Positions 1 through 10,519 of a stretch of 48,687 bases of DNA are shown here, piece by piece (within the stretch, counting starts at the first letter, position 1; the number at the start of each line of letters is the position of its first letter). The notes below the pieces were generated by a model, which saw only the letters and a list, made by a program, of their open reading frames with translations, did not search any database and was not told the DNA's origin. Source of the DNA: an uncultured Bacilli bacterium (GTDB lineage: Bacteria; Bacillota_I; Bacilli_A; RF39; UBA660); assembly GCA_944367495.1 (NCBI GenBank), contig CALVWP010000005.1, forward strand, positions 1 to 48,687, given 5' to 3'. Made by a program: the position numbers and the translations under genes.

Positions 1-367
1 CTTGTCTATCCAATATTTTAAAACTGCCATTTGGAAAAATTCTTAAATCTAAATCATAATCTATATATTTAATAGTATTATCTTCTATAATATAAGGCGA
101 AGCAATATTACAATAATAAGTAATGCCGTCTTTTTTTAACTGAACAATAATATTGTACCAACGATTTTTAAAAAAATACATAATAGCTGGCTCTTTAGTT
201 CGCCAAGTATTACCTTGTGCCTCTGTTACCAGCGTCCTTTCATTTCCAAACACCATATAATCTTTTTTTACATCGAGTAAAACTGCCTCATCCCAACATC
301 TATGAACTTTCCCATCGTGTTTATAACACTGTATCTGTAATTTGTCTCCTTTTTTTAATTTTTCCAT
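1..367 (-). CDS. DUF402/UPF0374 nucleoside tri-/diphosphatase-like protein (Ntdp/YgaC family); N-terminal part only, 3' end beyond the window edge
   Basis: Absent from the ORF track because it runs off the edge. My translation from ATG at 367: MEKLKKGDKLQIQCYKHDGKVHRCWDEAVLLDVKKDYMVFGNERTLVTEAQGNTWRTKEPAIMYFFKNRWYNIIVQLKKDG... This resembles the DUF402 family as I remember it. Confidence 0.6.
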   Translation of the reverse strand, partial: MEKLKKGDKLQIQCYKHDGKVHRCWDEAVLLDVKKDYMVFGNERTLVTEAQGNTWRTKEPAIMYFFKNRWYNIIVQLKKDGITYYCNIASPYIIEDNTIKYIDYDLDLRIFPNGSFKILDRQ

Positions 368-433
368 AATACTTCGCTCCTCTTTATACATTATAACATT
401 TTTTTCTAAAAAGAAAAGGACACTAACAAAGTG

Positions 434-1690
434 TCACTTTAAAATTATTTCTATTGCTTTTTGCAATTGAGCATCATTTTCATCAGTTGGATTTTCTAAG
501 TACTCGTCACTAAGTGTAACATCATAATCAGGTTCAATACCTTTACCATCTATTACTTTACCCTTAGAAGTAAGCCATGATTTAGTTGTTAATTTATATT
601 GATCACCATCTGTCAACGTTTGTAATTCCTGAACAGTACCTTTACCATAACTTTTTTTACCAACTGTTTTTGCTCCGTATTGCTCAGCTAAAGCTGAAGT
701 TACAACTTCTGAAGCCGAAGCACTATTACCATCTATTAAAATACTAATTTTATAATCCTTAGTCTCATTACCTGTTGAATAATATGTATTTTGACTATCT
801 TTTGATTTAATTTGATAAATAGGATGCGAAGAATCTAAAAATAGTGAAAGTATTTGCTCAGCAGCTGACAAATGTCCACCAGAATTACCTCTTAAATCTA
901 TAACAAGTCCATCTATTCCTTCATTTTCTAATTTATCAAGTTCTTTTTTAAACTGTTCATATGTATTATTCGCAAAAATAGTTGTCCTAATATAACCTAT
1001 CTTTTTATTATCTTTATTAATAATTTTAGATGACACAGACTTAATTTCAATTGTATCAACTTTCAACTTGACAGTTTTTTCATTGCCATCCCTCTTATAA
1101 GTAATATTAAATTCACCTTTTTGATTTTTTACTAATTCAGAAAATTCATCTATAGTCATATTGGTAGTATCATTGTCATTAAGCTTAACAATAATATCTC
1201 CCGCTTTTAATCCCGCTTTACTAGCTGGGGTATTTTCAAAAACAGTATATATAACAATATTTTCATTATCATCATTATACACTTGAATACCAGTACCCTC
1301 ATAAATACCCTCTAGATAAATACTAAAATTAGTATCACTTCCACCAACATAAGCCGAATTTTGATCGAGCGTACTAAGCATACCAGCAATTGCTGAATCC
1401 ACTAATTCTGTTTTATCGACATCGCCATAATAATTATCGACAATATAATCGTAATTAGTAATAAATTCTTGCAATTCATCATCAACTTTTTTGCCCTTTA
1501 AAGCAACATTATAAGTAACAATACCTCCCATAGCCAAACTTATTACAGTTGTAAGAAGTAATAAAAATACAACCTCTTTAGTTTTAAAAGTTGGTACCGT
1601 CTTTCTCTTATTAACTTTAATATCTAAAGACTTTGATAACTTTTCAATATTATCCATTGTTTTTTGTTCTTTATTCTTCATAAGCATCAT
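434..1690 (-). CDS. S41 family C-terminal processing peptidase (Ctp) with PDZ domain and N-terminal membrane anchor
   Basis: PDZ-like segment GLKAGDIIVKLND. S41 motifs RGNSGGHL and DGNSASASE. TM helix near the N-terminus. ATG at 1681 after AAAGGA is an alternative start. Confidence 0.85.
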   Translation of the reverse strand: MMLMKNKEQKTMDNIEKLSKSLDIKVNKRKTVPTFKTKEVVFLLLLTTVISLAMGGIVTYNVALKGKKVDDELQEFITNYDYIVDNYYGDVDKTELVDSAIAGMLSTLDQNSAYVGGSDTNFSIYLEGIYEGTGIQVYNDDNENIVIYTVFENTPASKAGLKAGDIIVKLNDNDTTNMTIDEFSELVKNQKGEFNITYKRDGNEKTVKLKVDTIEIKSVSSKIINKDNKKIGYIRTTIFANNTYEQFKKELDKLENEGIDGLVIDLRGNSGGHLSAAEQILSLFLDSSHPIYQIKSKDSQNTYYSTGNETKDYKISILIDGNSASASEVVTSALAEQYGAKTVGKKSYGKGTVQELQTLTDGDQYKLTTKSWLTSKGKVIDGKGIEPDYDVTLSDEYLENPTDENDAQLQKAIEIILK

Positions 1691-1774
1691 CCTTTAAACA
1701 CTATTAAAAGTATAACACAAAAACAGTCCTCACAACCAAAAAATAATAAAAAAATACGAATGTATACACTCGTA

Positions 1775-2551
1775 TTATTTTACTTCATCTAATTCATTTA
1801 ATTCATCGACAATAGAATCATGATTATCATAAACATCTGTAATTTCGTGATCACTAACTCTAACTAAAGTTGTACCTTTAACTCTAAACTTTGTCATATC
1901 AGAATCGTAATTAGTTTCATCACTTAAATAATTTTTATTAAAACTACTACTTAAATCAGCTGTATATATTTTAGGAGCATCTTCGCTAGCTGAAATTGTT
2001 TGAATTAAAGTTGTATATTCGTTTAATCTAACATCATCTTCATCTTCTATTAAAACGTAAAATGTTCCATTAATGTTAAGCATTGATCCAATCACAATAC
2101 TATCGTATTGAATTTCTGTTGCTTCTTTATTTTCTTCTTCAGCCGCTTCCTTAGCTTTATTAGTAACAACTACTGTCACACCATAGAAAACTACAATAAT
2201 AGCTGTTACAATTAAAACTATTTTTATTAATTTAGAAAGTTCATTAGAATCATTATTCTCATTATAATAAAGTTGTTTACGTGCCTGTTTTATATTTTCT
2301 TTCTTTTCTTTCTGCTTTTTAGTTTCTTTTTCAGGTTTTACTTGCTCCTTAACCTCTTCCACTTTAACTTCTGCTTGAGTATTTTTCTTTGGAGTAGTAG
2401 CCTTTTTTGCAGTCGTTGTCTTCTTTGTTGTTTTACTAGTAGTAGTTTTTTTAGTTGTACTTGTTTTTTTAGTACTATTTTTACTTGAACTAGTTTTAGG
2501 TGCTTTTTGTGCACTAGCTTTACCCTTTTTATTTTTTTCATTTTCTGCCAT
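1775..2551 (-). CDS. Membrane-anchored protein with a Lys/Thr/Ser-rich low-complexity N-terminal region
   Basis: Long ORF with K/T-rich tract (TSSSKNSTKKTSTTKKTTTSKTTKKTTTAKK), one TM helix (LIKIVLIVTAIIVVFYGVTVVV) and a C-terminal globular part. Start moved to ATG 2551, which follows GGTGA; the track start is a GTG inside that RBS. Confidence 0.6.
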   Translation of the reverse strand: MAENEKNKKGKASAQKAPKTSSSKNSTKKTSTTKKTTTSKTTKKTTTAKKATTPKKNTQAEVKVEEVKEQVKPEKETKKQKEKKENIKQARKQLYYNENNDSNELSKLIKIVLIVTAIIVVFYGVTVVVTNKAKEAAEEENKEATEIQYDSIVIGSMLNINGTFYVLIEDEDDVRLNEYTTLIQTISASEDAPKIYTADLSSSFNKNYLSDETNYDSDMTKFRVKGTTLVRVSDHEITDVYDNHDSIVDELNELDEVK

Positions 2552-2683
2552 TTCAATCACCTGAAAGCATTATAGCACATTTTTCCCACTTTTTAAACTT
2601 TTAATTGTTATAAAAGCTTTAAATATAGCCACATTATTATTATGAATCGTTTTAAAACAAATAAACTAACTATAAAAGTTAGT

Positions 2684-3676
2684 CTATTTGCTCACTGGAA
2701 GTACTGATATTGAATTAGCCACATTTAAAAGCTCACTTTCACTCATGTTATCAGCCACCACATAATATTCAATTCCATTACTAATCCAACTTACCATATT
2801 ATCTGAAACCGCTGCTACACTCGTTGCCATCTGATAAGGCTCACCATAAACTGATACGATTGCCAAATCATCACTTACAGATGCTGTTTGTTCAACTAGC
2901 ATAAATGGGCTGTCACCCTCAAATGTCATAATAACTCTTTGACCATTTTCTAAATCGACGGTTTCCTTATCAGCTAATTGTGTATTTTCAGGAATATACA
3001 TTGGATAAATATCACCATCTATTTTACTAACTGTTTCAGTTTCACTTTCCGTAGCTGCTGTCTTCATATTATTATCTAATGAAAAATAATCATCTTTAAA
3101 TTCAGCTTTTAAATCGACTTTTTTAAATGTCATTTTTATTAAAGCTTCCTCATCTTCATTTAAAACCTCAACCTTAGTTGGAATTAACTTTTTATCAAAA
3201 TAAATTTTCTGTTTAATTAAATCACTATTATTTGGATAATTTACTCCTGTAGTAAAAATATAATTATCGCTAGTTTCCTTAAATTCTTTATCACTGTCGT
3301 TTTGAATATCTGAAAGTAATGTTTGAAGTAAGTATACTTGTGAATTATTGTATGGCCAGTCACTTTGGAATTTAAAACTTTTATTTAATGTTGGTGTCAA
3401 AACATAAACCCCATCACTATTTTTCAAAATTATTTGTTCATGATTATTTGTTTTGTTTTTTAAAGATACTCTAAACTTGTCATTTTTACTATAAGAAGCA
3501 TCGACATCATATGTATAAACATCATCATTATTTATTATCTCCATCTCACCAGTTAAATTATAACCATCTAAACCATTAATCTTTTTTTCTAAATCCTTTT
3601 CCGCATCTTTAACCGTATATTTTCCACATCCTACCATTAAAAAACACGCACACAAAATTAAACAAATTTTTTTCAT
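2684..3676 (-). CDS. Lipoprotein, possibly LolA-fold/DUF4367-like
   Basis: Lipobox signal peptide MKKICLILCACFLMVGCGK. Start taken at ATG 3676 after GGTGA. The family assignment is weak. Confidence 0.6.
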   Translation of the reverse strand: MKKICLILCACFLMVGCGKYTVKDAEKDLEKKINGLDGYNLTGEMEIINNDDVYTYDVDASYSKNDKFRVSLKNKTNNHEQIILKNSDGVYVLTPTLNKSFKFQSDWPYNNSQVYLLQTLLSDIQNDSDKEFKETSDNYIFTTGVNYPNNSDLIKQKIYFDKKLIPTKVEVLNEDEEALIKMTFKKVDLKAEFKDDYFSLDNNMKTAATESETETVSKIDGDIYPMYIPENTQLADKETVDLENGQRVIMTFEGDSPFMLVEQTASVSDDLAIVSVYGEPYQMATSVAAVSDNMVSWISNGIEYYVVADNMSESELLNVANSISVLPVSK

Positions 3677-3776
3677 CTTTTTCACCATCTTTCTGCTTAA
3701 ATATATGGATTTTATTTTTATTTATGAATAATTTTTAAAAAATAAACCATTATAAATATTAGAGGAAGGTGAAAAA

Positions 3777-3977
3777 ATGGAAATATTACAAAAAGTATGT
3801 TTAATTCTAACAATTATAGGTGCAATTAACTGGGGATTAATCGGTTTACTTGATTTTAATTTAGTATCATTTTTGTTTGGAGAAATGTCCATGCTATCGA
3901 GAATAGTTTATTCCTTAGTTGGTATTGCCGGTCTAATCAATATAGGACTATTATTTACCCACTTAGAAGACCATTAA
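3777..3977 (+). CDS. DUF378 family small membrane protein
   Basis: 66 aa with two TM helices. GAINWGLIGLLDFNLV is typical of DUF378. RBS GAGGAAGGTGA lies upstream. Confidence 0.7.
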   Translation: MEILQKVCLILTIIGAINWGLIGLLDFNLVSFLFGEMSMLSRIVYSLVGIAGLINIGLLFTHLEDH

Positions 3978-3979
3978 AA

Positions 3980-4009
3980 AATCTATCACAAATGATAGAT
4001 TTTATTTTT
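3980..4009. terminator. Bidirectional rho-independent terminator between convergent genes
   Basis: 9-bp stem AATCTATCA / TGATAGATT with loop CAAA, followed by TTTATTTTT. An A-run on the other side serves the minus-strand gene. Confidence 0.6.
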
Positions 4010-4559
4010 CATCAATAACTTTATCTTTTATAATATTAACCTTTGAATAACTATAAATTGTAAAAATATTACTAATAGCATCCATAGCTAAAATAGCACC
4101 TATTATTTGAACAGTAACTGTCGTAAACTCTAATGGATTAAATACTAATAATAATCCACCACCTAAAATTAAAAATGAAACTATTAACATATGCCACCAA
4201 TTTTTATACTCAAATTTTTTCAAATCAAAAGCCATTGAAAGCTTACTAACTGAATCAGCAAGTAAAAAGATTCCAACAACTAATGGTAAAAAAGCTGCAA
4301 ATACCTCAGGATTTAAAAGTACATATATTCCAAAAGCACCAAAAATAATTGACATTACTAAAGTAAAACTTGTAAAAGCAGTCTTTAACTCAGTCTTCAT
4401 ATACATAACAGCACCTGATGCTGCAACAAATAAAAACATAATACCAACCAAATAACATACAGACTTAATAATAAACTCTGGTAAAAATAACATTACAAGG
4501 CCCAAAACCAAATATAAAATGGCTGTTGCTATCATTGTATTCCTTATTTTTTCAAACAT
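4002..4559 (-). CDS. DUF308 (HdeD-like) integral membrane protein
   Basis: 185 aa with about 6 TM helices. N-terminus AILYLVLGLVMLFLPE is typical of DUF308 repeats. Confidence 0.6.
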   Translation of the reverse strand: MFEKIRNTMIATAILYLVLGLVMLFLPEFIIKSVCYLVGIMFLFVAASGAVMYMKTELKTAFTSFTLVMSIIFGAFGIYVLLNPEVFAAFLPLVVGIFLLADSVSKLSMAFDLKKFEYKNWWHMLIVSFLILGGGLLLVFNPLEFTTVTVQIIGAILAMDAISNIFTIYSYSKVNIIKDKVIDEK

Positions 4560-4629
4560 ATAACTCGCTCCTTTTATAATAATGATAATATTTTTTTATC
4601 ACAAAGTCAACGAAAAAGTAGCCATTAAG

Positions 4630-5988
4630 CTACTTTTCTACAACTCTTATTTTAACCTTTCTAGTTTTAGATAAATACTGAACCCTAGAGTCAGTTCCTT
4701 CAACCTTAACCTCTACTTCGTATTCGCCAGGTTTATAATCCTTTAAATCAATATAAGCTGTTATGTCTTCCGCTGTCAAACTATTAAGAACTGATTCCAC
4801 GCCTTTAACATTCACTGTAACTTGAATATCATTTTGTGATAAACCTTGAACACTATACTTATCATCTAAATTGCGTACATCGATATTGACATTATCAATG
4901 TCTTTATCAGTAGAAGTTCCAAGAGATATGTCAACTGTAACATTATTAACACTCATAGATCTTACACCACGTGGTTTTGAAAGCTCTAGTTTATACTCAC
5001 GGTCATCTTTTAATCCATCAACATCGACCTCAACAGGTACATATTCAAGTTCATCAAGTACACTTTGTTCACCATACACAGTCACATTATTTTGACTCAA
5101 ATTAATTGAACTTATAGCTTGACCAAACGTTACTTCTCCTTTCGGAACAACTCTAATAGGTACTGTTTTACTTGGTGATGATAAATCGACATCGACTTCT
5201 ATTTTAGATGGAACAATTTCTACATCCAAACTATTACCATCAGAATCATAGGCTTTTAAAGGAACATCTTTTAAAGTAATAGTGCCCACATCTTGATCAT
5301 TCAAACTAGATACATCAACCAAAGCTTTAACTGTTGCTACCTTAGTTAAACTATTAATAGCATCCGCATCTTCCGCACCTTTAATTACCACCTTATCAAC
5401 TTCCGGAGTCACATTATCAATTATTAATTTTGGATCTAAACTATCTTGGTTTAATAAATCCATCGTCAAAGTTTTAGACTCTGATACTTTAGGGTAAATA
5501 TTAACTGTCGCCACTGATGGATTAACACTATATTCTACCGAATCATTCGGTCTCATATATTCTATATCTACCTTATGTGTACCAGGTTTTAAACCGGTCA
5601 AATCAACTGTTACTTTTGAAGCAGTCGATTGTTTTGCAATAAATAAATCACTTCGGCTACCCATTAAAGTAATATCAACTTTTTCTGGTAATCCTTCAAC
5701 AACATAAGCCTCTTCATTATAAACAGCTTCAACCGTTTGATCTTTTAAAACTTCCGCACTTGTATCATTAAACGAGATCTTCTTTTGATCAAACAAAATA
5801 AATACCGTTAAAGCTAAAAATAGTGAAACGAAAAGTAAAGTATTACTCTTAGATAAAAATGTTTCTAGTGACCTATTAGAACCACCAAATTTTTTACTAA
5901 TTTTCATGATTGCTCTTGTTACTGGTACAACAACCTTTTTGTCAAAAAATCGGCCTATACGTTTAAAGACATTTGGTTTCTTATTCAT
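4630..5988 (-). CDS. cdaR: CdaR (YbbR-domain) regulator of diadenylate cyclase
   Basis: Lies immediately downstream of cdaA and overlaps it. N-terminal TM helix followed by repeated YbbR-like beta domains. Start taken at ATG 5988 (MNKKPNVF) after GAAGGTGG, giving an ATGAATAA overlap with the cdaA stop. Confidence 0.8.
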   Translation of the reverse strand: MNKKPNVFKRIGRFFDKKVVVPVTRAIMKISKKFGGSNRSLETFLSKSNTLLFVSLFLALTVFILFDQKKISFNDTSAEVLKDQTVEAVYNEEAYVVEGLPEKVDITLMGSRSDLFIAKQSTASKVTVDLTGLKPGTHKVDIEYMRPNDSVEYSVNPSVATVNIYPKVSESKTLTMDLLNQDSLDPKLIIDNVTPEVDKVVIKGAEDADAINSLTKVATVKALVDVSSLNDQDVGTITLKDVPLKAYDSDGNSLDVEIVPSKIEVDVDLSSPSKTVPIRVVPKGEVTFGQAISSINLSQNNVTVYGEQSVLDELEYVPVEVDVDGLKDDREYKLELSKPRGVRSMSVNNVTVDISLGTSTDKDIDNVNIDVRNLDDKYSVQGLSQNDIQVTVNVKGVESVLNSLTAEDITAYIDLKDYKPGEYEVEVKVEGTDSRVQYLSKTRKVKIRVVEK

Positions 5989-6790
5989 AATGGCCACCTT
6001 CTTTCGCACTATCTAAAATTTTATGAGAAGGCGCTAAAGCTTCAAGCAAACGAATTCTCACCTCATCCAAAGAAAGGTTATAAATAAGCTCTCCATTCAT
6101 TGCAATAGAAATTCGGCTAGTCTCCTCTGAAACCACAAGCGCAATCGCATCTGTTCTTTCTGCAATCCCCAAAGCTGCTCTATGACGAGTACCTAATCTT
6201 TTACTAATTGCCATACTATCACTAGTTGGAAATACTGCTCCAGCGCATATAATCTTATCGCCTCTAATAATTACACCACCATCATGAAGCGGATTATTGG
6301 TAAAGAAAATCGAAGAAAGTAATGGACCAGATATATCAGCATATATCTTTTGAGCCTTTTCTACATAACCAGCTAAACTGTTTTCTCTTTCTATAACTAT
6401 TAAAGCCCCAATACGCATCTTTCGCATATAATCAGCCGCACTTGTAATTTCACCAATCGATTTTTCAAGTTCGCTAAGTGAAAGAGTTTTATGTCTTCCA
6501 AGCAACTGAGCTCTACCTAATTGTTCAAGCGCATCTCTAATCTCTGGTTGAAAAATAATAATAAGTGCGAGTGGTGCCCATTCAATAACATAATCTATCA
6601 AATAATTAATAGTTACTAAATCTAAAGCATCCGCTACAAACTTTGTAATAACAATAATTAAGATTCCTTTAAAAAGCATTATCATTTTTACATTTTTTCG
6701 TAAACTTTTTAAAATTAAATAAAATAATCCCCAAACCAATAAAACATCTAATATTTTACGGGCCAATTCAATTAAAGATTCTATTGTCAT
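5981..6790 (-). CDS. cdaA: Diadenylate cyclase CdaA (c-di-AMP synthase)
   Basis: Three N-terminal TM helices plus a DAC domain with motifs HDGGVIIRGDKIICAG and GTRHRAALG. Confidence 0.92.
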   Translation of the reverse strand: MTIESLIELARKILDVLLVWGLFYLILKSLRKNVKMIMLFKGILIIVITKFVADALDLVTINYLIDYVIEWAPLALIIIFQPEIRDALEQLGRAQLLGRHKTLSLSELEKSIGEITSAADYMRKMRIGALIVIERENSLAGYVEKAQKIYADISGPLLSSIFFTNNPLHDGGVIIRGDKIICAGAVFPTSDSMAISKRLGTRHRAALGIAERTDAIALVVSEETSRISIAMNGELIYNLSLDEVRIRLLEALAPSHKILDSAKEGGHYE

Positions 6791-6914
6791 GAAATAACCT
6801 CCATCTAACTTAACTAATTATATCATACTTAAGTTCATGATAAAACCCTTTATTTTTTCCAAATTGAATCAAAACACTTCAAAAGCCGCATAAAAAAAGA
6901 TGAAACTCATCTTC

Positions 6915-7439
6915 TTATAAATTCCAAATATCGTTATTTTTTTCATCAGTTGACTCAGTAGGCTTAGCCTCTTCAGATGTATTTGGTACATTAACATTTG
7001 TAGTCAAAACTTCCGCATTTTCTTCCACTGTAGGTACATCTTTTTGATCATTTAACGTATTATCAACTAAAGGTGTAACCTCAGCCGCAGGAGTTGTAGC
7101 AGACTCATCAACTGAAGGTGTTGTATCATTAACTGTTTCATTTTCTAAAACGTCGGCAGAACTACTTGTATCACTTGCCGTCTCATTCATTGATTCTACT
7201 TTAACTTCATCAAGTGAATTAGAAACTGGTGGCATTGTCATCCAATCATTTGTAACTGGTTCTGTCGGTTGTTCATTAGAATTTAAAACTGTAGGTTCCT
7301 CTTTCATAGGTTCCTCTTTTTCAGCATTTTCTTCTTTCTTCGGTTTTTTCATACTTTCAGTTAAATAACCAATTAAAGCTAAAACAAACACAATTGAAGC
7401 TAATACAACCCAAAAAATCCAATTTGTTAATATTTCCAT
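6915..7439 (-). CDS. Membrane-anchored acidic low-complexity protein
   Basis: N-terminal TM helix (NWIFWVVLASIVFVLALIGYL) followed by an E/T/N/P-rich tail. I recognise no family. Confidence 0.5.
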   Translation of the reverse strand: MEILTNWIFWVVLASIVFVLALIGYLTESMKKPKKEENAEKEEPMKEEPTVLNSNEQPTEPVTNDWMTMPPVSNSLDEVKVESMNETASDTSSSADVLENETVNDTTPSVDESATTPAAEVTPLVDNTLNDQKDVPTVEENAEVLTTNVNVPNTSEEAKPTESTDEKNNDIWNL

Positions 7440-7497
7440 AAACTTGCTCCTTCCTATTCTAAAAAAATAATATCATTTTTTATAACATATTTCAACC

Positions 7498-8004
7498 CTA
7501 TTTTTCCAAATAATCTTTTCCTTTAAACGGTTCGTCCAAAAGTAGTCCATCATAATCACGTTGCCTAAGCACCTCATACACCATAATAGCCACAGTATTA
7601 GACACATTTAAAGCTCTCACTTTATCAGTCATTGGCATTCTAATACAAGTATTTAAATGGTCTTTTAATATTTCTTTAGGAATGCCTGTACTCTCCTTAC
7701 CGAAAACCAAATAAATATTTTCTGTTTTATCACTATAATCAAAAGCTGATTGTGGTTTATGTCCATACCTCGTTAAAAAATAAAAAGTTCCTTGATTTTT
7801 GCTCAAAAAATCTTCCCAATTTTCATACAAAGTATAATCACAGTCATTAATATAATTTGCTCCACTTCTTTTAACTACCTTTTCATCTAAACTAAATCCT
7901 AATGGTTTAATCAAATGCAATTTAGTATTTGTAGCCACACAAGTTCGCATAATATTACCTGTATTTTGTGGAATCTCTGGTTCATAAAGTACTACATTAA
8001 GCAT
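7498..8004 (-). CDS. trmL: tRNA (cytidine/uridine-34 2'-O)-methyltransferase TrmL (SpoU/YibK family)
   Basis: 168 aa. N-terminus VVLYEPEIPQNTGNIMRTC and C-terminal LNVSNTVAIMVYE are typical of the SPOUT TrmL family. Confidence 0.85.
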   Translation of the reverse strand: MLNVVLYEPEIPQNTGNIMRTCVATNTKLHLIKPLGFSLDEKVVKRSGANYINDCDYTLYENWEDFLSKNQGTFYFLTRYGHKPQSAFDYSDKTENIYLVFGKESTGIPKEILKDHLNTCIRMPMTDKVRALNVSNTVAIMVYEVLRQRDYDGLLLDEPFKGKDYLEK

Positions 8005-8510
8005 TATTTAACATCCCACCCATCAATTATTACCTTTAATCTTTTCATTGTATAATCATCAGCATTATTTAAAACTTTCGTAATTTTAGCATCACTAAAC
8101 ATATATATGCTAGCTGGCGATTCGTTTATTTGTTTTTTTACCTTATTATTAAGTGCGAATTTATCACGCAAAAGATTATATAAATCTTCTTTTTTAACGT
8201 CATCTAAATTTAAATACAAAATACTACCGCTCAAATCCATATCTTGAATTAAATCTTTAAAATCATTTTCGAAGTTTTTTAAATTACTATCTTGAGCTGA
8301 AGATACATATAAAATAAATCTTTGATTTTCTAAAACATAGTTGCTAAGTTCTTCACTTTTAATCTCATATGCCACATCACTAATAACCGATTTACGTGCG
8401 TAATACTCCTTGGTCGTATTATACCAACCTCGTGCATAAAAAACCCCTATTACCGTCACTACAAAAACAAACGCTAAAATAATATAATTTTTAATTGGTA
8501 TATTTCTCAT
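8004..8510 (-). CDS. Membrane-anchored hypothetical protein (possible thioredoxin-like fold)
   Basis: N-terminal TM helix with no CxxC motif. Stop overlaps the trmL start. Confidence 0.45.
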   Translation of the reverse strand: MRNIPIKNYIILAFVFVVTVIGVFYARGWYNTTKEYYARKSVISDVAYEIKSEELSNYVLENQRFILYVSSAQDSNLKNFENDFKDLIQDMDLSGSILYLNLDDVKKEDLYNLLRDKFALNNKVKKQINESPASIYMFSDAKITKVLNNADDYTMKRLKVIIDGWDVK

Positions 8511-8551
8511 AAACGTCCTCCTTCCACTTAATTATATGATAAAAAAAGCTT

Positions 8552-9538
8552 TTAAAGATCATTTCCTGTATCGATATCTTCTAATTTTACATCCGGAAGA
8601 ACAATCCCTTCCTCTTCACATATTCTCATAAATTTCTCTCGAAATGCCGCACATTCTTTCACTCTACTGTCAGGATAAATTCTTTTACTATCACGAATAG
8701 CCACATAAACATCCATAATCCCAACTTCTTCTTTATTATCGAATAAAGCATTAGAAAATGCTCCCGATAAAACTGAAAGAGAAACATCAGGATACATCGC
8801 TGAAAGTCCATATACCCTTTTATATTGACTTGTCGCATCAACTATGGATTCCATAAGCATCCTTGTAATAAAACTATTATTAATCATCTTAATACCTGTT
8901 TTATATTCTATTTTGGGAATAGTTCCCAGTAAAATTTGAATCGTCGCTTCCCTATCTGGTTCTAAAACATCAATTCTATCAAAACGTCTCAAAAAAGCTC
9001 TATCGCGCACGATATAAGTTTCGTACTCAATCGTTGTTGTCGCCCCAATCGCCTTAATATCTCCACGATCTAAAGCCGGCTTTAATATATTAGCCAAATC
9101 CATCGGTCCTTCTTCTGAACCGCCAATCAAAGTATGCACCTCATCAATAAAAAGTATAGTTTTAGGTGCTCTTTTAAGTTCAGAAACTAATAGATTAACC
9201 ACTGACTCAGGTTTTCCATTAACCATCATCGTTCCAAGCATTGATGAAGAATTAATTTTCAAAATCGTAAAACCTTTCAAAGCATTAGGTACATCGTCTC
9301 TTTGAATTTTATAAGCAATACCTTCGACAATCGCTGTTTTACCAATACCAGGTTTACCGATAAGAAGTGCTGATTTATCAGGTGTTAATAACACCAGCAT
9401 CGTTTTTTTAATCTCTTCTTCACGCGCAATAGCTGGATTAGTAACATATTTTTTAGCAGTTAAATTTTCACAATAATTAGAAATAATCGGAAAATCACTC
9501 GCATTTAATATAGTTGTCTGATTTAAATTATCATTCAT
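8552..9538 (-). CDS. AAA+ ATPase resembling a stand-alone ClpA/ClpB D1 module
   Basis: Walker A GKPGIGKTAIVEGIA, Walker B ILFIDEVHTLIG, sensor region GDIKAIGATT, arginine finger region RRFDRI. Only 328 aa, with no second AAA domain. Confidence 0.75.
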   Translation of the reverse strand: MNDNLNQTTILNASDFPIISNYCENLTAKKYVTNPAIAREEEIKKTMLVLLTPDKSALLIGKPGIGKTAIVEGIAYKIQRDDVPNALKGFTILKINSSSMLGTMMVNGKPESVVNLLVSELKRAPKTILFIDEVHTLIGGSEEGPMDLANILKPALDRGDIKAIGATTTIEYETYIVRDRAFLRRFDRIDVLEPDREATIQILLGTIPKIEYKTGIKMINNSFITRMLMESIVDATSQYKRVYGLSAMYPDVSLSVLSGAFSNALFDNKEEVGIMDVYVAIRDSKRIYPDSRVKECAAFREKFMRICEEEGIVLPDVKLEDIDTGNDL

Positions 9539-9542
9539 ATTA

Positions 9543-9947
9543 TCAACCCTTTATATAATTATTTTCTTGAAATTTATCTATTATTTTACTTCTTTTAGCC
9601 GCTCCTTCAATCCTATTAAACGTACTTTTTTCTTCACCATCTTCAATAAAAACAGTCGTTGGCGTACCATCTATCGGAAATAAACTAACCAATCTAGACT
9701 CTTCTGCTTTTGATAATTTCGATATATCAATATACTTAACATCCGTTCCGTAATCTTCAATTACTCCATTTAAAGTAACCGAATAACTCGCACAAGCACT
9801 ACAAGTACTAGAACCAATAAACAAAATAAAGTCATCTTTTTCCTCTAACATTTGATCTAATTCATCATAACTGATCTCGTGATAAGTTTTGTTGCCACAC
9901 CCTGTAACCATAAAAATTGTTATAATTAATATAATTATTTTCTTCAC
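9543..9947 (-). CDS. Thioredoxin-fold lipoprotein (bacteriocin-transport-accessory-like)
   Basis: Lipobox (V)KKIIILIITIFMVTGCGN and CSAC redox motif (GSSTCSACASY). Start set at GTG 9947 after GGTGG. The longer track ORF overlaps the upstream LysM gene. Confidence 0.6.
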   Translation of the reverse strand: MKKIIILIITIFMVTGCGNKTYHEISYDELDQMLEEKDDFILFIGSSTCSACASYSVTLNGVIEDYGTDVKYIDISKLSKAEESRLVSLFPIDGTPTTVFIEDGEEKSTFNRIEGAAKRSKIIDKFQENNYIKG

Positions 9948-10020
9948 TTTACCACCATAACCATTATATAACAAAAAAGCATAAAAAAAAAGGCAAATAA
10001 AAAACAAAGCCGCAAAAACT

Positions 10021-10485
10021 TTATTTTTTATAAACAATAAGTTGATCATTCATCAAATAAATTGTCTTATTTTGTCTAGCTAGTTCATCCGCACTTGCCT
10101 TAAGAGTATTCGTCACATTATTTAAAGTGTCATCGTTTTCTGTAACATAAAAACTGACACCACTTCTCGGCAACAAAATTATCTGATCTGGGTAAATAAT
10201 GTCCGTTTCATTTAAACCATTTAACCTTAAAAGTTGCCCTGGATTAATATTACTTTTTTTAGCAATATCATAAATATTATCACCTTTTTTAACCACGTAA
10301 TTTACAAAATAAGGATTCTCCATCTGCCTTTTTGGCACTACAATATACTCTCCCGGCACTAAAATACTACCTACCATAATTCCATTTAAACGTGATAAAT
10401 CTGAAATAGAAGAACCAAACTTACTAGCTACACTAGCTAAAGTATCGCCACTTTGAACTTGATATATTGAATACATATTACTCAC
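10021..10485 (-). CDS. LysM-repeat peptidoglycan-binding protein
   Basis: Three LysM-like units (YQVQSGDTLASVASKFG..., YVVKKGDNIYDIAKK..., YVTENDDTLNNVTN...). Confidence 0.8.
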   Translation of the reverse strand: MSNMYSIYQVQSGDTLASVASKFGSSISDLSRLNGIMVGSILVPGEYIVVPKRQMENPYFVNYVVKKGDNIYDIAKKSNINPGQLLRLNGLNETDIIYPDQIILLPRSGVSFYVTENDDTLNNVTNTLKASADELARQNKTIYLMNDQLIVYKK

Positions 10486-10519
10486 CTCATCATATTATAT
10501 GCCCAAAAAGAAAAATGGA

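Noticed and set aside
2273-2556. Two ORFs (71 and 72 aa) inside or antisense to the Lys/Thr-rich gene
   Set aside because: These are frame-shadow ORFs generated by the low-complexity AAG/ACT-rich tract. They lie entirely within a longer, better-supported CDS.
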